A stretch of DNA of 62,094 nucleotides, filler included. It is 5 parts of 5 records of this genome, joined end to end, with 100 filler letters (N's around TTAATTAATTAA, not from the genome) between each part and the next. Parts side by side here need not be neighbours in the genome. Positions count along the whole stretch, not along the records: positions 35,358 to 47,555 come from DRR723986_23637; positions 47,656 to 54,992 come from DRR723986_23691; positions 55,093 to 62,094 come from DRR723986_23948; 2 more parts are not named here. One strand, written 5' to 3'. Positions 47,471-57,035 of the stretch are shown here, one piece after another. The position numbers and the translations under genes were made by a program. Position 1 is the first letter of the stretch. Each line of letters opens with the position of its first letter. The notes beneath the pieces are model-generated. The model was given only the letters and a program-made list of their open reading frames with translations, made no database searches and was not told where the DNA came from.

Positions 47471-47555
47471 TGGTTAGCCCCGTTTTTTCGTCCAGTTGTA
47501 ATGAGAGTTTGGTTTAGGGGGTGGAAACTGGATGGGGATCGCTGTGCTGGTGGAG
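47471..47555 (-). mobile_element. Terminal fragment (probably right end) of an IS3-family insertion sequence
   Basis: Begins TGGTTAGCCCCGTTTTTTCGTCCAG. The reverse complement ...CTCTCATTACAACTGGACGAAAAAACGGGGCTAACCA resembles IS3-type ends terminating in CA. The contig breaks 85 nt in, as expected at a multicopy repeat. Confidence 0.65.
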
Positions 47556-47655
47556 NNNNNNNNNNNNNNNNNNNNNNNNNNNNNNNNNNNNNNNNNNNNT
47601 TAATTAATTAANNNNNNNNNNNNNNNNNNNNNNNNNNNNNNNNNNNNNNNNNNNN
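47556..47655. other. Artificial contig spacer
   Basis: N44-TTAATTAATTAA-N44. Confidence 0.99.
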
Positions 47656-47657
47656 CA

Positions 47658-48893
47658 GAACGGCGTGACACCCTTGAAGATCGTGGCCGTCGGCACGTCG
47701 CCGACGACCGCCCGCAACACGAAGACATTCAGGCCGACGGGAGGAGTGATCAGGCTGATTTCGGTTACCACCACGACGATGATGCCAAACCAGATCGGAT
47801 CATAGCCAAGCCCTGTGACGACCGGAAAGAAAATCGGCACGGTCAACAGCAGCATCGACAGGCTTTCGAACACGCAGCCGAGCGCAATATAGATGAGCAG
47901 GATCAGCCCCATGACCATCCACGGCGGCAGATTGTAGGCGGTCACCATGTCGCTAAGTGCGGTCGGCAGGCCTGCGATATTGACGAAGTTGGAGAAGATC
48001 CAGGCGCCGATCAGAACTGCAAACAGGCTGGCTGCGGTCATGGCCGTTTCACGCAGGGCTTCCAGGGCATCTGCGAGCGACAGGCGTCTGCGGGCAAGCG
48101 CGATCAGAAAAGCCCCCATGGCGCCCATGCCGGCGGCTTCAGTCGGCGAGAAGCTCAGGTTGATCGGCGGCACATCGAAAACACCATAGAGCCCGCCGAT
48201 CACCAGAAAGAACAGCAGCAGGACAGCCCAGACATCCTTCAGGGCGGACAGTCTTCCGCTGAGGTTGATGCGTTCACCTGCCGGACCGGCTTCCGGATCG
48301 CGCCAGACCGTGAACTGGACAGCAACCAGATAGAGTACGACACCCAGAAGGCCGGGAATGATGCCGGCGACAAAAAGCTTGCCGATCGAGGTTTCGGTCA
48401 GCAGACCGTAAATGACGAGGATCACCGAAGGCGGTATGAGGATGCCGAGCGTCCCGCCGGCGGCAATCGAAGCCGTCGACAGTTTGTCGGCATAGCCGAA
48501 CCGGCGCATTTCCGGCATGGCCACCTTCGACATGGTGGCGGCGGTTGCAAGGGACGATCCGGATATGGCGGCAAACCCGCCGCAGGCAACGATGGTTGCC
48601 ATCGCGAGGCCACCGCGGAAATGGCCGAGGAACGCGTTGGAAGCGGCATAGAGCTCCCGGCTGATCCCCGCCTTGTTGACGAACAACCCCATGAGAATGA
48701 ACAGCGGAACGACCGAGAGGCCGTAATCCTGACTGGTATCGATGATCAGACGAGCCGTCATGGAAATCGAGGCACGGTAGCCCGATTCAATCATGAAGCC
48801 GATCATTCCGACAAAGCCCATGGCGAAGGCGATGGGCACTCGCAGCAGGACCAGTACGAGAACCGCTGCAAATCCGAGAAGTCCTTCAAGCAT
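47658..48893 (-). CDS. dctM: TRAP transporter large permease (3' truncated by contig edge)
   Basis: VPLFILMG, GGFAAISGSSLATAA, GGTLGILIPPS, SPTEAA and ITPPVGLNVFV. Confidence 0.95.
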
Positions 48894-49383
48894 GCCGGGG
48901 GCTCATCAATTTCGGTGCGAAAATATGGCCGAGCCCGCGAACAATGAGGACTGCGGCGGTAATTGCCGTGACGATGGAAATGAACCATCCGACATAGTGC
49001 AGGGGCAGGCGCAGATATTCCATGACGTCGCCATAGGAGCGGCTTCGTTCGGCCAGATCAAATACGCGCATGGCCGGGAGGACCAGCATCAGGCCACAAA
49101 AGAGATCCGTGAAAGCGTTGCGCCAGCGGGTCAGTCCGGCGCGCTTGAACATGCCATCCGTCAGGTCGACGCAGATGTGGCCATCCTTTGCGGAAACGAC
49201 CGGCAGAACGGAGAAAACCATGATTGCCATGAGCAGACGCGTCATGTCGGCGGCAACTTCGATCGGCGCATTGAACACCGACCGGAGCACCACGTCGCAG
49301 AACGTCATGACCATGAGGACGAACAAGGCAAACGAGGCAAGCAGCGCCGGCAGACTGGCCGCAAACTTGAGTAGACGGGACAC
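48886..49383 (-). CDS. dctQ: TRAP transporter small permease
   Basis: Four TM segments, DVVLRSVFNAPI and GHICVD; lies between dctP and dctM. Confidence 0.92.
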   Translation of the reverse strand: MSRLLKFAASLPALLASFALFVLMVMTFCDVVLRSVFNAPIEVAADMTRLLMAIMVFSVLPVVSAKDGHICVDLTDGMFKRAGLTRWRNAFTDLFCGLMLVLPAMRVFDLAERSRSYGDVMEYLRLPLHYVGWFISIVTAITAAVLIVRGLGHIFAPKLMSPRHA

Positions 49384-49401
49384 GTCCAGATCCTTCAGCT
49401 G

Positions 49402-49430
49402 CGGGCGGTCCGGACAAACCGGACCGCCCG
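49402..49430. other. Intercistronic stem-loop between dctP and dctQ (probable mRNA stabiliser or partial terminator)
   Basis: Perfect 12-bp stem CGGGCGGTCCGG-ACAAA-CCGGACCGCCCG with no U-tract. Confidence 0.7.
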
Positions 49431-49437
49431 GACTCGT

Positions 49438-50454
49438 TTAGTTTCCGGCCATTTCCTGCTTGACCATTTCGTAGGCGGCTTTCGCGTCTACCCCGGCTTC
49501 CTGCAATTCCGCCAGAACCTTGTCCGTGACTTCCTTGCTGATTTCCTCGAACTTGGCGATGTCATCGTCGCTCGCAGGCGTGATCTTCGTGCCTTCTGCG
49601 TTTTTGGTCGCTTCATAGGCAATCGTGTCGGACTCGTCCCAGGATGCACCTGCCATCCGGCTCGCGGGCTCACCAAACACTTGCTCGTCCAGGGCCTTCT
49701 GGACATCTTCCGGCAGGCTGTCGAATTTTTCCTGGCTCATGATCACGGCAAAGGAGCCGCGATAGAGACCGCCCGGCATGTCATAAAGATACTTGGCCAC
49801 TTCGTTCAGCTTGAAGCCGACACGCTCGCCGACATTCATCGCAACGGCGTCGGCCGCACCGGATTCCAGCGTTTCATAAACCTTCGGAGCCGGAACGTTG
49901 ATGCCGATCAGACCGAGCGCGGACCCCACATCGCCGGCAACACCGCCGCCGATACGCGTCTTCAGGCCGTTCATGTCGGCAAGACTGCTGACTTCCTTGC
50001 TGGAATGGATCTGACCGGGGCCATGGGTGTTGAGCGAAATGACCTTGACGCCGCGATGCTCATTGAGGTCGGCGAGGTATTTTTCATAAACGCGCCAATA
50101 GGCGACGGATGCGTCTTCTGCGTTGCCTTCATAACCCGGCAGTTCAATCAGCTTCGTCCCGACGAAACGGCCCGGTTGATACCCGTGGAAGATGATAGCC
50201 ATGTCTGCGGCACCATCGAGAACCAGATCCATCTGGGCTGGTGGCGGGGCGAGGCCAAAGACCAGCTCACCCGAGACTTCGCCGCCTGTAGCTTCTTCCA
50301 TCATGGTGATCAGATTGGCAAAAATGCCGGTATTCACGCTATGGGTTGGCGGCAGCCAGCTGGAAATCTTGAGAACGGTTTCCGCCGAAAGCGCCGAAAC
50401 GCTGAGGCTCAGTGAAACTGCGGCAGCGCCAACAATCTTGAATAGCGACTTCAT
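49438..50454 (-). CDS. dctP: TRAP transporter substrate-binding protein
   Basis: RBS GGGAGAGG before ATG 50454 (MKSLFKIVGAAAVSL...), SWLPPTH, GYQPGRF...ELP, GLKTRIGG and VYETLESG. Confidence 0.93.
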   Translation of the reverse strand: MKSLFKIVGAAAVSLSLSVSALSAETVLKISSWLPPTHSVNTGIFANLITMMEEATGGEVSGELVFGLAPPPAQMDLVLDGAADMAIIFHGYQPGRFVGTKLIELPGYEGNAEDASVAYWRVYEKYLADLNEHRGVKVISLNTHGPGQIHSSKEVSSLADMNGLKTRIGGGVAGDVGSALGLIGINVPAPKVYETLESGAADAVAMNVGERVGFKLNEVAKYLYDMPGGLYRGSFAVIMSQEKFDSLPEDVQKALDEQVFGEPASRMAGASWDESDTIAYEATKNAEGTKITPASDDDIAKFEEISKEVTDKVLAELQEAGVDAKAAYEMVKQEMAGN

Positions 50455-50520
50455 CTTCCTCTCCCTTGAATGATGCGTCTGTCTGGCTGGGCTCCTCCGC
50501 AGGCCCGAGACCGTTTTTGA

Positions 50521-50573
50521 ATACTTCCATTGATGAGCATGCCTTGTCAATAAATATGAAACTGCATGTATTT
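50521..50573 (-). promoter_or_regulatory. Candidate dctP promoter flanked by putative operator half-sites
   Basis: Minus-strand TTGACA at 50550-50545. ATACTTCCA (50521) and inverted ATACATGCA (50571-50563) flank it in an AT-rich tract. Confidence 0.3.
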
Positions 50574-50836
50574 TTTGCAATCGACAATAGAAAACACCGT
50601 CGCTCCGCAATCATTTTCACGGTGGATCAACGCTTCACGAAACTCCGAATATTCTTATTGATTTCAGATATTTATCCAGATTTCTCAGCGCACGGCCCGC
50701 GTTACGCAGGCAAGGAGTTTACATCCTGGCGAACAATCCACGTGTTGAAGCCCCTCCGCGATATGTGCAAAATCAAATAAATAAAATTGGGCCGCCGTTA
50801 CATGGCGAGCCAGCCAGTGGCAGGGAGAAACGCATT

Positions 50837-51265
50837 TTGGACGTTCCATTCAAAACCACCCGCATGCTCAACTTCGGTGATTGCGACATCTCCGGCACAG
50901 CCTATTTTCCATCCTATCTGAACATCCTCAACGGTGTGAACGAGGAATTCTGGCTGAAGCTCGGCTATCCATGGCACAAGATTATCTGGGAGGAACGTTG
51001 GGGCACTCCGACTGTCCATCTTTCCAGCGACTTCTCAAGCCCTTCCTTTTTCGGGGAGGAGCTGGAGTTCGAAGTAACCGTGAAGCGGGTCGGCCGGTCG
51101 TCGGTCACCATGCATCACGAGATCAGCTGCAAGGGAGAGAAGCGCTGGTCGAGCACCCAGGTGCTGGCCGCCAGCGATCTCGACAAGCATTGCTCCATCC
51201 CCTGGCCGGATGACGTAAAGGCAGCCCTGCTGGCCTGCATGCCACAAGATCAAGAAGACAGCTGA
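50837..51265 (+). CDS. Acyl-CoA thioesterase (4-hydroxybenzoyl-CoA thioesterase/hotdog fold)
   Basis: FGDCDISGTAYFPSY, PTVHL..DF..PS.FGE.L, VGRSS and PWPDD. TTG 50837 after AGGGAG is preferred over 50765. Confidence 0.88.
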   Translation: MDVPFKTTRMLNFGDCDISGTAYFPSYLNILNGVNEEFWLKLGYPWHKIIWEERWGTPTVHLSSDFSSPSFFGEELEFEVTVKRVGRSSVTMHHEISCKGEKRWSSTQVLAASDLDKHCSIPWPDDVKAALLACMPQDQEDS

Positions 51266-51320
51266 GCGCTCAGATGCTTCAGAACAAATCGCGTTGGTTT
51301 CCCGTCAAACGCGGCTCCCG

Positions 51321-51487
51321 CTAGTCACCCGAATCTGAAGTTCGTCTCAATTTCCGGCATGCTCCGAACGAACTTCAGATTCAAAAGGGTGACTAGCAAA
51401 TATATGTTTCTAGTGTGGTTTTCGAATTTGAAATACGCTCTGGCGGTTGCAGCACCAATGAGGCGTATTTCAAATTCACCATACTAG
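51321..51487. mobile_element. CTAG-bounded double-hairpin MITE/RIME-like element (167 bp)
   Basis: Arm 1: CTAGTCACCC-GAATCTGAAGTTCGT...ACGAACTTCAGATTC-AAAA-GGGTGACTAG (51321-51396). Arm 2: CTAGTGTGGT-TTTC-GAATTTGAAATACGC...GCGTATTTCAAATTC-ACCATACTAG (51410-51487). Confidence 0.8.
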
Positions 51488-52209
51488 ATCGTCAGCGTTC
51501 CAACGCTCGCACCGCCGCAGACATAAAGCGTCTGTCCGGTCACGAAGCTGTTTTCCGGATCGCAGAAGAACAGGAAGGCATTGGTCACGTCCCGGACGTT
51601 GCCAATGCGCCCGACCGGGATGCGTTTGGCGAGGGCTTCCTGTTGCGGGCTGTCCTTTTCGACGATGCCCCAGAAGTTGTCGGTAAGGATCGGGCCGGGG
51701 GCGACAACGTTGACGGTGATGCCATGCGGGGCAAGCTCCAGGGCCCAGGTGCGCGCCATACCGATCATCCCGGCCTTGCTGGCACTGTAGGCGGTTCGGG
51801 TCGGTGCGCCGAGCGCCGCCCGTGAGGCGTTGAACATGACACGGCCGAACTGGCGCGCCTTCATGTTTGGCAAGGCCGCCTGCAGGAGTGTTAATGCCGA
51901 TCCCAGGTGCAACTGCGCAAGGCCGGTGATGTCTTCGGGCTTGGCATCCTCGACAAGATTGGGCCAGATGAGCCCTGCATTATGGATCAGATGAGTGACG
52001 TCGAACTCCGCCGCGATCGTGCCGGCGGCAGCGGCCACTGCTTGTGCATCGAGAAGGTCGGCTTCCACCGAGTGCAGGTTCGGGTGAGACTTTTCCGGGG
52101 CGGTTCGTGCGACCGACACCACCGTGTAGCCCTGACCGAGAAGCCTTTCGACCAGATCGGCACCAATCCCCTTGTTGCCGCCGGTAACGACTGCCGTAAA
52201 TTCACTCAT
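51484..52209 (-). CDS. SDR-family oxidoreductase
   Basis: VTGGNKGIG, HNAG, YSASK, LELAPHGITVNVVAPG and FVTGQTLYVCGG. Confidence 0.95.
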   Translation of the reverse strand: MSEFTAVVTGGNKGIGADLVERLLGQGYTVVSVARTAPEKSHPNLHSVEADLLDAQAVAAAAGTIAAEFDVTHLIHNAGLIWPNLVEDAKPEDITGLAQLHLGSALTLLQAALPNMKARQFGRVMFNASRAALGAPTRTAYSASKAGMIGMARTWALELAPHGITVNVVAPGPILTDNFWGIVEKDSPQQEALAKRIPVGRIGNVRDVTNAFLFFCDPENSFVTGQTLYVCGGASVGTLTI

Positions 52210-52979
52210 TCCGTCACCATCGCCAGAACCCGAAGCGGGCTGCCGGTTCCATTCTTGATTTTAAGGGGAGCTGCAATCAGCACGGCACCTGTCGCGGGCA
52301 GCTGATCGAGATTGGCCAGGCATTGCAGGCCGTATTTTCCCGCGCCATGCAGAAAATAGTGAGCGGGGTAGGGCGGCACGTAGTGTGCCCCCTGGCCTGC
52401 GTCCGTTCCGACGGTCTCGGTACCAAAGCCGCGGATGTTCCGCTCCTCGATCAGAAACCGGATCGCCTCCGGCGTCGGTCCGGGCGAATGCGGTCCGTCG
52501 GCGCGCATGTTCAGATAGTCGGCGCCTCTGCGCTTGGACCAGTCGGTGCGCATCAGCACCCAGGCATCTTCCGGGATGCGGCCATACTCGCTTTCCCAAT
52601 TTGCGATGACCTCGGGCGTCAGTTCGAAGTCGTCGTTCTCCGAAGCGCCTTTTGAGCAATCGATTACCACCACAGGCCCGACAAAAGCCTCAACCGGTAT
52701 CTCATCGACCGAGCCATTCGGCACGTCCTTTCCTGAAATCCAGTGCGAGGGCGCATCGAAATGGGTGCCTGTGTGCTCGCTCATGGAAATGTTGTGCCAT
52801 TTCCATGCCGGACCACGGTGATCGTAGGCGCTGATTTCCTCCATCCGGAAACGCGCGCACTGACCGAACTCGGGCGGCAGCACAATCACCGGAAAGTCCG
52901 GATCGAGCGTGTGGGTCAGATCCACAATCCTGACGGCTCCGGTGGCAAGGCCGGAGACCAGCTGGTTCAGACCGCTCAT
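52206..52979 (-). CDS. Cyclase-family metal amidohydrolase, isatin hydrolase-like
   Basis: Metal motif EHTGTHFDAP, VDLTHTL and PLKIKNGTGSPLRVLA. From recall, very similar to Labrenzia (Roseibium) aggregata isatin hydrolase A. Confidence 0.88.
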   Translation of the reverse strand: MSGLNQLVSGLATGAVRIVDLTHTLDPDFPVIVLPPEFGQCARFRMEEISAYDHRGPAWKWHNISMSEHTGTHFDAPSHWISGKDVPNGSVDEIPVEAFVGPVVVIDCSKGASENDDFELTPEVIANWESEYGRIPEDAWVLMRTDWSKRRGADYLNMRADGPHSPGPTPEAIRFLIEERNIRGFGTETVGTDAGQGAHYVPPYPAHYFLHGAGKYGLQCLANLDQLPATGAVLIAAPLKIKNGTGSPLRVLAMVTE

Positions 52980-54232
52980 GCGCCTTCTCCCCCTTGCGTG
53001 AGTTCACGTTCCAGGACTTTCGGGTCCCGACGCCAGCGTTCGCGTATCTCCATGGCAACGTCACCGCACCACACGTCTTCAAGCCCCTGCTGCAGCCCCG
53101 TGACCACAGACCTTGCCAGAGCCTTTGCATTGACCTTGGGCGGCGGCACCGGCTGGGTCCAGTCGTCTTCGTCCGGTCCGGTGAAGACAGTCATCACACG
53201 CAGCCCGGATGCACGGAATTCTCCGCGCAGGGACTGCGACAGCGAATAGGCAGCAGCGTTGGAGGCAGAAAAGCAGCCGAAGTCCGGTGTGTTGGAAAGG
53301 GCGAAGACTGACAGGATATTCACCCAGGCAACCGCCGAGTTGACGCCATCGTTGGTGCGAGCGCACATGCCCGGCCCGAAGGCCTGCGCAAGACGCATCA
53401 GACCAAGATAATTGGTCTCCATTTCCTCACGCGCGAAGGCAGTATCGCCTCTTGCCAGAACACCGCCCGGCCGCAGAAACCGGGCATTGTTGACCAGAAT
53501 ATCCGTCTTGCCGCCAATTTCCCCGGCAAGCCGCTCTACCGAAGCGGTGTCTGTGACGTCAAGCGGCAGCACGCTGACCTTTTCAAGCCCGGACAAGAGA
53601 TCGCGGTTGGCGTGCGGACGCCAGCTTTCGGCCTCGCCGACAAAGATGGTCGAAGCCCCAGCTTCCAGCAGCGAGTTCACCAGAGCCGGCGTATTCGGGT
53701 TTCGCAGGTCCGTGATCAGGATGCGCCTGTGTTTCGGGTCGGCTGAAAGGGCACGCATTTGCGGATCGTCTTCCATATTGCTTGTCCTGTCCTTGGGCAC
53801 TGCCAGCAAAACGCCCTGGCCGGACGCGTCCAGGCGGTTCAACAGTGTAACTTCTCCGCCGCGCTCGCAGTCGCCATGCACATGGCACAGGACCACGGGA
53901 CCGGCATCCAGTTGCACCGAGCCCATGCGCCAGGGCGTTCTCTCCCGGAAGTAAAGATTGATCGACGTGCGGATCCGGGTCTCTGCCAGCAGTGTGCCCG
54001 CCGGCGAGATGTCCAGCCATTCCAGCCCGGCCGACAGGCAGCTTCCGCAAACATCCCGGGGCGGATATTGCACCGTGCCGCAGTCGTCACAGACCTGAAG
54101 AGCGAAACGGCCCTCCGCCGCAGCCGCGGTCAGGCCGAGAGCCGCGCGGGATCGGGCCTCCGGGGGACGTAGCGGAGACTGCGTGCGCTTTTGCGGATCT
54201 TTCTTGAGGGGAGGGGAAAGCGGTGTGCTCAT
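52976..54232 (-). CDS. DUF35 (Zn-ribbon + OB-fold) fused to a degenerate SDR domain
   Basis: CDDC...YPPRDVCGSC Zn ribbon and OB fold, then an SDR-like region (LDVTD, DILVNNA, METNYLG) lacking GxxxGxG and YxxxK. Confidence 0.85.
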   Translation of the reverse strand: MSTPLSPPLKKDPQKRTQSPLRPPEARSRAALGLTAAAAEGRFALQVCDDCGTVQYPPRDVCGSCLSAGLEWLDISPAGTLLAETRIRTSINLYFRERTPWRMGSVQLDAGPVVLCHVHGDCERGGEVTLLNRLDASGQGVLLAVPKDRTSNMEDDPQMRALSADPKHRRILITDLRNPNTPALVNSLLEAGASTIFVGEAESWRPHANRDLLSGLEKVSVLPLDVTDTASVERLAGEIGGKTDILVNNARFLRPGGVLARGDTAFAREEMETNYLGLMRLAQAFGPGMCARTNDGVNSAVAWVNILSVFALSNTPDFGCFSASNAAAYSLSQSLRGEFRASGLRVMTVFTGPDEDDWTQPVPPPKVNAKALARSVVTGLQQGLEDVWCGDVAMEIRERWRRDPKVLERELTQGGEGA

Positions 54233-54990
54233 GCCGGGCTCCCTGTTTTCAAAATGGCCGCACTCGTGCAGACGCCGCGGTCGTAATTGATCATGCCGAA
54301 TCCGGACACCATCGCGGTCGTCGCATCTGCCACCTGCGTGCCTCCGGCGGTACCCAGCACCTGGCGCAGTGCCTCCACGAGGCCGATGAAACCACCCGCG
54401 GCCCCGGCCTGACCGGCAGACAACTGACCACCGGACGTGTTGTGCGGAAAGTCTCCGGAAATTGTCAGATCGCGGTTCCTGACAAAATCGGGGGCGCCGC
54501 CCTTGTCGCAGAAACCGAGATCCTCGATCTGCATCATCGAAATGACGGGATAATCGTCATAGGTCTGCAGGAGATCGATGTCGTCCGGCGAGCACTCCGC
54601 CATGGCGTAGAGTTCTTCGACATCGAGCGTCCAGCCGCCACGCAGTTGCACGGGATCCTCGGCATGGGCGTTGTGGCGCTCGATTGTTCCCCCGATCACG
54701 GCATAGGGCAGGTTCCGCCGCTCTGCCTGTTCAATGGACATGACGAGAAAACACTCGGACCCGGCGCAAGGCATGACACAGTCGAACAGGGCAATCGGGT
54801 CGGCGATCGGGCGGGCGTCGAGATATTGCTCGAGCGTCAGCGGCTTCTTCATCAGCGCGTTCGGATTGCGCAGGGCATTGGCACGCTGCGCAACGCAGAT
54901 CCTGCCGAAATCCTCGCGTGTCGCGCCATATTCCTGCATGTACCGGTCGGTCAGAAGCGCGAAATTGGCATTCGGCCCCCCAAATCCGTA
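54229..54990 (-). CDS. Thiolase-superfamily protein (SCP2/Ltp2-like, probable aldolase); 5' truncated by contig edge
   Basis: QRANALRNPNA, PI..FDCVMPCAG, LLQTYDDYP...EDLGFC.KG, HNTSGGQLS.G and EALRQ. The frame stays open to the contig edge. Confidence 0.88.
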   Translation of the reverse strand, partial: YGFGGPNANFALLTDRYMQEYGATREDFGRICVAQRANALRNPNALMKKPLTLEQYLDARPIADPIALFDCVMPCAGSECFLVMSIEQAERRNLPYAVIGGTIERHNAHAEDPVQLRGGWTLDVEELYAMAECSPDDIDLLQTYDDYPVISMMQIEDLGFCDKGGAPDFVRNRDLTISGDFPHNTSGGQLSAGQAGAAGGFIGLVEALRQVLGTAGGTQVADATTAMVSGFGMINYDRGVCTSAAILKTGSPA

Positions 54991-54992
54991 AG

Positions 54993-55092
54993 NNNNNNNN
55001 NNNNNNNNNNNNNNNNNNNNNNNNNNNNNNNNNNNNTTAATTAATTAANNNNNNNNNNNNNNNNNNNNNNNNNNNNNNNNNNNNNNNNNNNN
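54993..55092. other. Artificial contig spacer
   Basis: N44-TTAATTAATTAA-N44. Confidence 0.99.
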
Positions 55093-55094
55093 GC

Positions 55095-56984
55095 GTCCAC
55101 GCGCTCCCGTGCGGGCGAGCCGGCGACCGCGTGGGTGACTAACAGTGCCGTTCCCGGATGTTCCCCACGGCCCACACGGCCGCGCAATTGGTGGAGTTGA
55201 CTGACGCCAAAACGATCCGCGTCCAAGACCACCATGATGGAGGCATTGGGAACATCGATTCCAACCTCAATCACCGTCGTGGCCACTAAGACGTCAATCT
55301 CGCCGGCATGAAACGCGTTCATGAGGCGATCCTTTTCGTCGCTCGGCACCCGCCCGTGCATCGCTTCGAGTGAGATCGCAGAAAACTCCGGCAAAGCGCG
55401 CACCATCGGAAGCGTTTCCATCACGGTCGTCAGCGCTCTGGCGGCGCTATCGCCTTCGCTTTCTGGCTCATCCGCTTCGAGTACCTCGCTTTCTTCAAGT
55501 TCGGCAGGGGCAATGGCCGGAACGACAACAAAACCTTGGCGGCCCTGGGCGACCTCTTCGCTCAGGCGCTGCCACACTCGAGCAAACCACTCAGGATGGT
55601 CATCCAGTGCCACCACGTGGGTATCGATGGGTGAGCGTCCCGAGGGCATAGTGGCAATGGTGGAAACATCTAAATCACCAAAGACCGTCATCGCAACGGT
55701 GCGAGGAATAGGTGTTGCAGTGAGCACCAGGACATGGGGATGGGTTCCCTTTTGTCTCAGGGCCTCTCGTTGATCCACCCCAAAACGGTGTTGCTCATCA
55801 ATGACCACCAACCCTAAATCGGCAAAAGCCACCGAGTCGCTGAGCAAGGCATGGGTACCCACCACCAGATGAGACGACCCCGACGCTGCGGCTAAGAGAG
55901 CTTTCTTTTTCACCGCCGCTGGCAACGAACCGGTCAACAAGACGGGATTCATCCGAGCTGCCATATCGGGTCCCAAGGTGGCGATCAAGGAGCGAAAATG
56001 TTGAGCAGCGAGCACTTCAGTGGGAGCTAAGAGCGCCGTTTGTCCGCCCGATTGGGCGATGGTCACCATCGCCGTGGCAGCGACCACGGTTTTTCCCGAA
56101 CCCACTTCACCCTGGACTAAACGGTTCATCGGATGCCCGCTGGCCAGATCATCGTGGATGTCGTTGATCACGCTTTCCTGATCCGGTGTGAGCTCAAACG
56201 GCAGCGCATTAACAAACGAGTTCGTCAACTCTCCTGGTGTGCGCACAGCAGTGGCGACCAACAGCCCTGCCCGGCGGCGCTTAACCAAGGCACACTGCAA
56301 GACAAAGGCTTCGTGGAAAAGCAACGTCTCCCGCGCTCGGGCAGCGTCGCTGAGTTCCGCAGGTCGATGAATTGCCTCGAGAGCCTGGGCGAAATCCATC
56401 AGATTTTCCGAGTCCCTTATCTGCGCAGGCACAGGATCCTCACAGTCGCCCAGAACATCGAGTGCCACACCGATGGCTTTGGCAATTTGCCAGCTCGCCA
56501 TCGACGAGGTTGCGCGATAGAAGGGAATGGGCCGTTTTGCCCACTCCTCGCTGGCTTGCTCACTGTGCTCTGCGGTGTCAAAAAGTTCATAGTCTGGGTG
56601 GGCTAGTTGGCGAACCCCGCGATACTCCCCCACTTTCCCCGCAAAGATTCCCCGCGCACCCGCGATGAGGTCTTTGGCCCGCCAGGCTTGATTGAAAAAA
56701 GTGAGCGTGACCAACCCGGTGCCATCGGTGATGGTGACTTCGAGGACATTACCTCTGCGCTGTCGCATGGAGCGTTGAGAGACCGACACGACTTCGGCGA
56801 CCAAAGTGGCCTGCTCGCCCAGGGGAACCTGGGCAATTGAAGTGAGCTCACCGCGGGTGGCATAACGACGCGGGTAGTGACCGAGAAGGTCAAAAACACT
56901 TACATATCCAAACGCTTTGTGCAGGGCTTTCTGCGTGCGATCTCCGAGAACATCGCGAAGCTTCTGGTCTTTCATGTCGCTCAC
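55095..56984 (-). CDS. recG: ATP-dependent DNA helicase RecG (3' truncated by contig edge)
   Basis: HYPRRY, MNRLVQGEVGSGKT, APTEVLA.QH, IDEQHRFGV.QR, TATPIPRT, TTVIEVGIDVPNA and SQLHQLRGRVGRG. Confidence 0.97.
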
Positions 56985-57025
56985 CCCCTCACGTTATCGC
57001 CGAGTCGAACACCATGGGCATAACC

Positions 57026-57035
57026 AAGCTAGCGT
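57026..57035. promoter_or_regulatory. Bidirectional overlapping -10 elements (recG / leaderless rsmD)
   Basis: TAGCGT on + (57030-57035) lies 6 nt before the rsmD ATG, which has no Shine-Dalgarno. TAGCTT on - (57031-57026) faces recG. Confidence 0.6.

Noticed and set aside
24945-55092. Four identical TTAATTAATTAA motifs inside N runs, and apparent gene neighbourhoods across them
   Set aside because: These are artificial six-frame-stop spacers. The flanking contigs differ in gene content and apparent taxonomy, so no cross-spacer linkage (e.g. DarTG with TRAP) is meaningful. ORFs containing X runs are artefactually extended.
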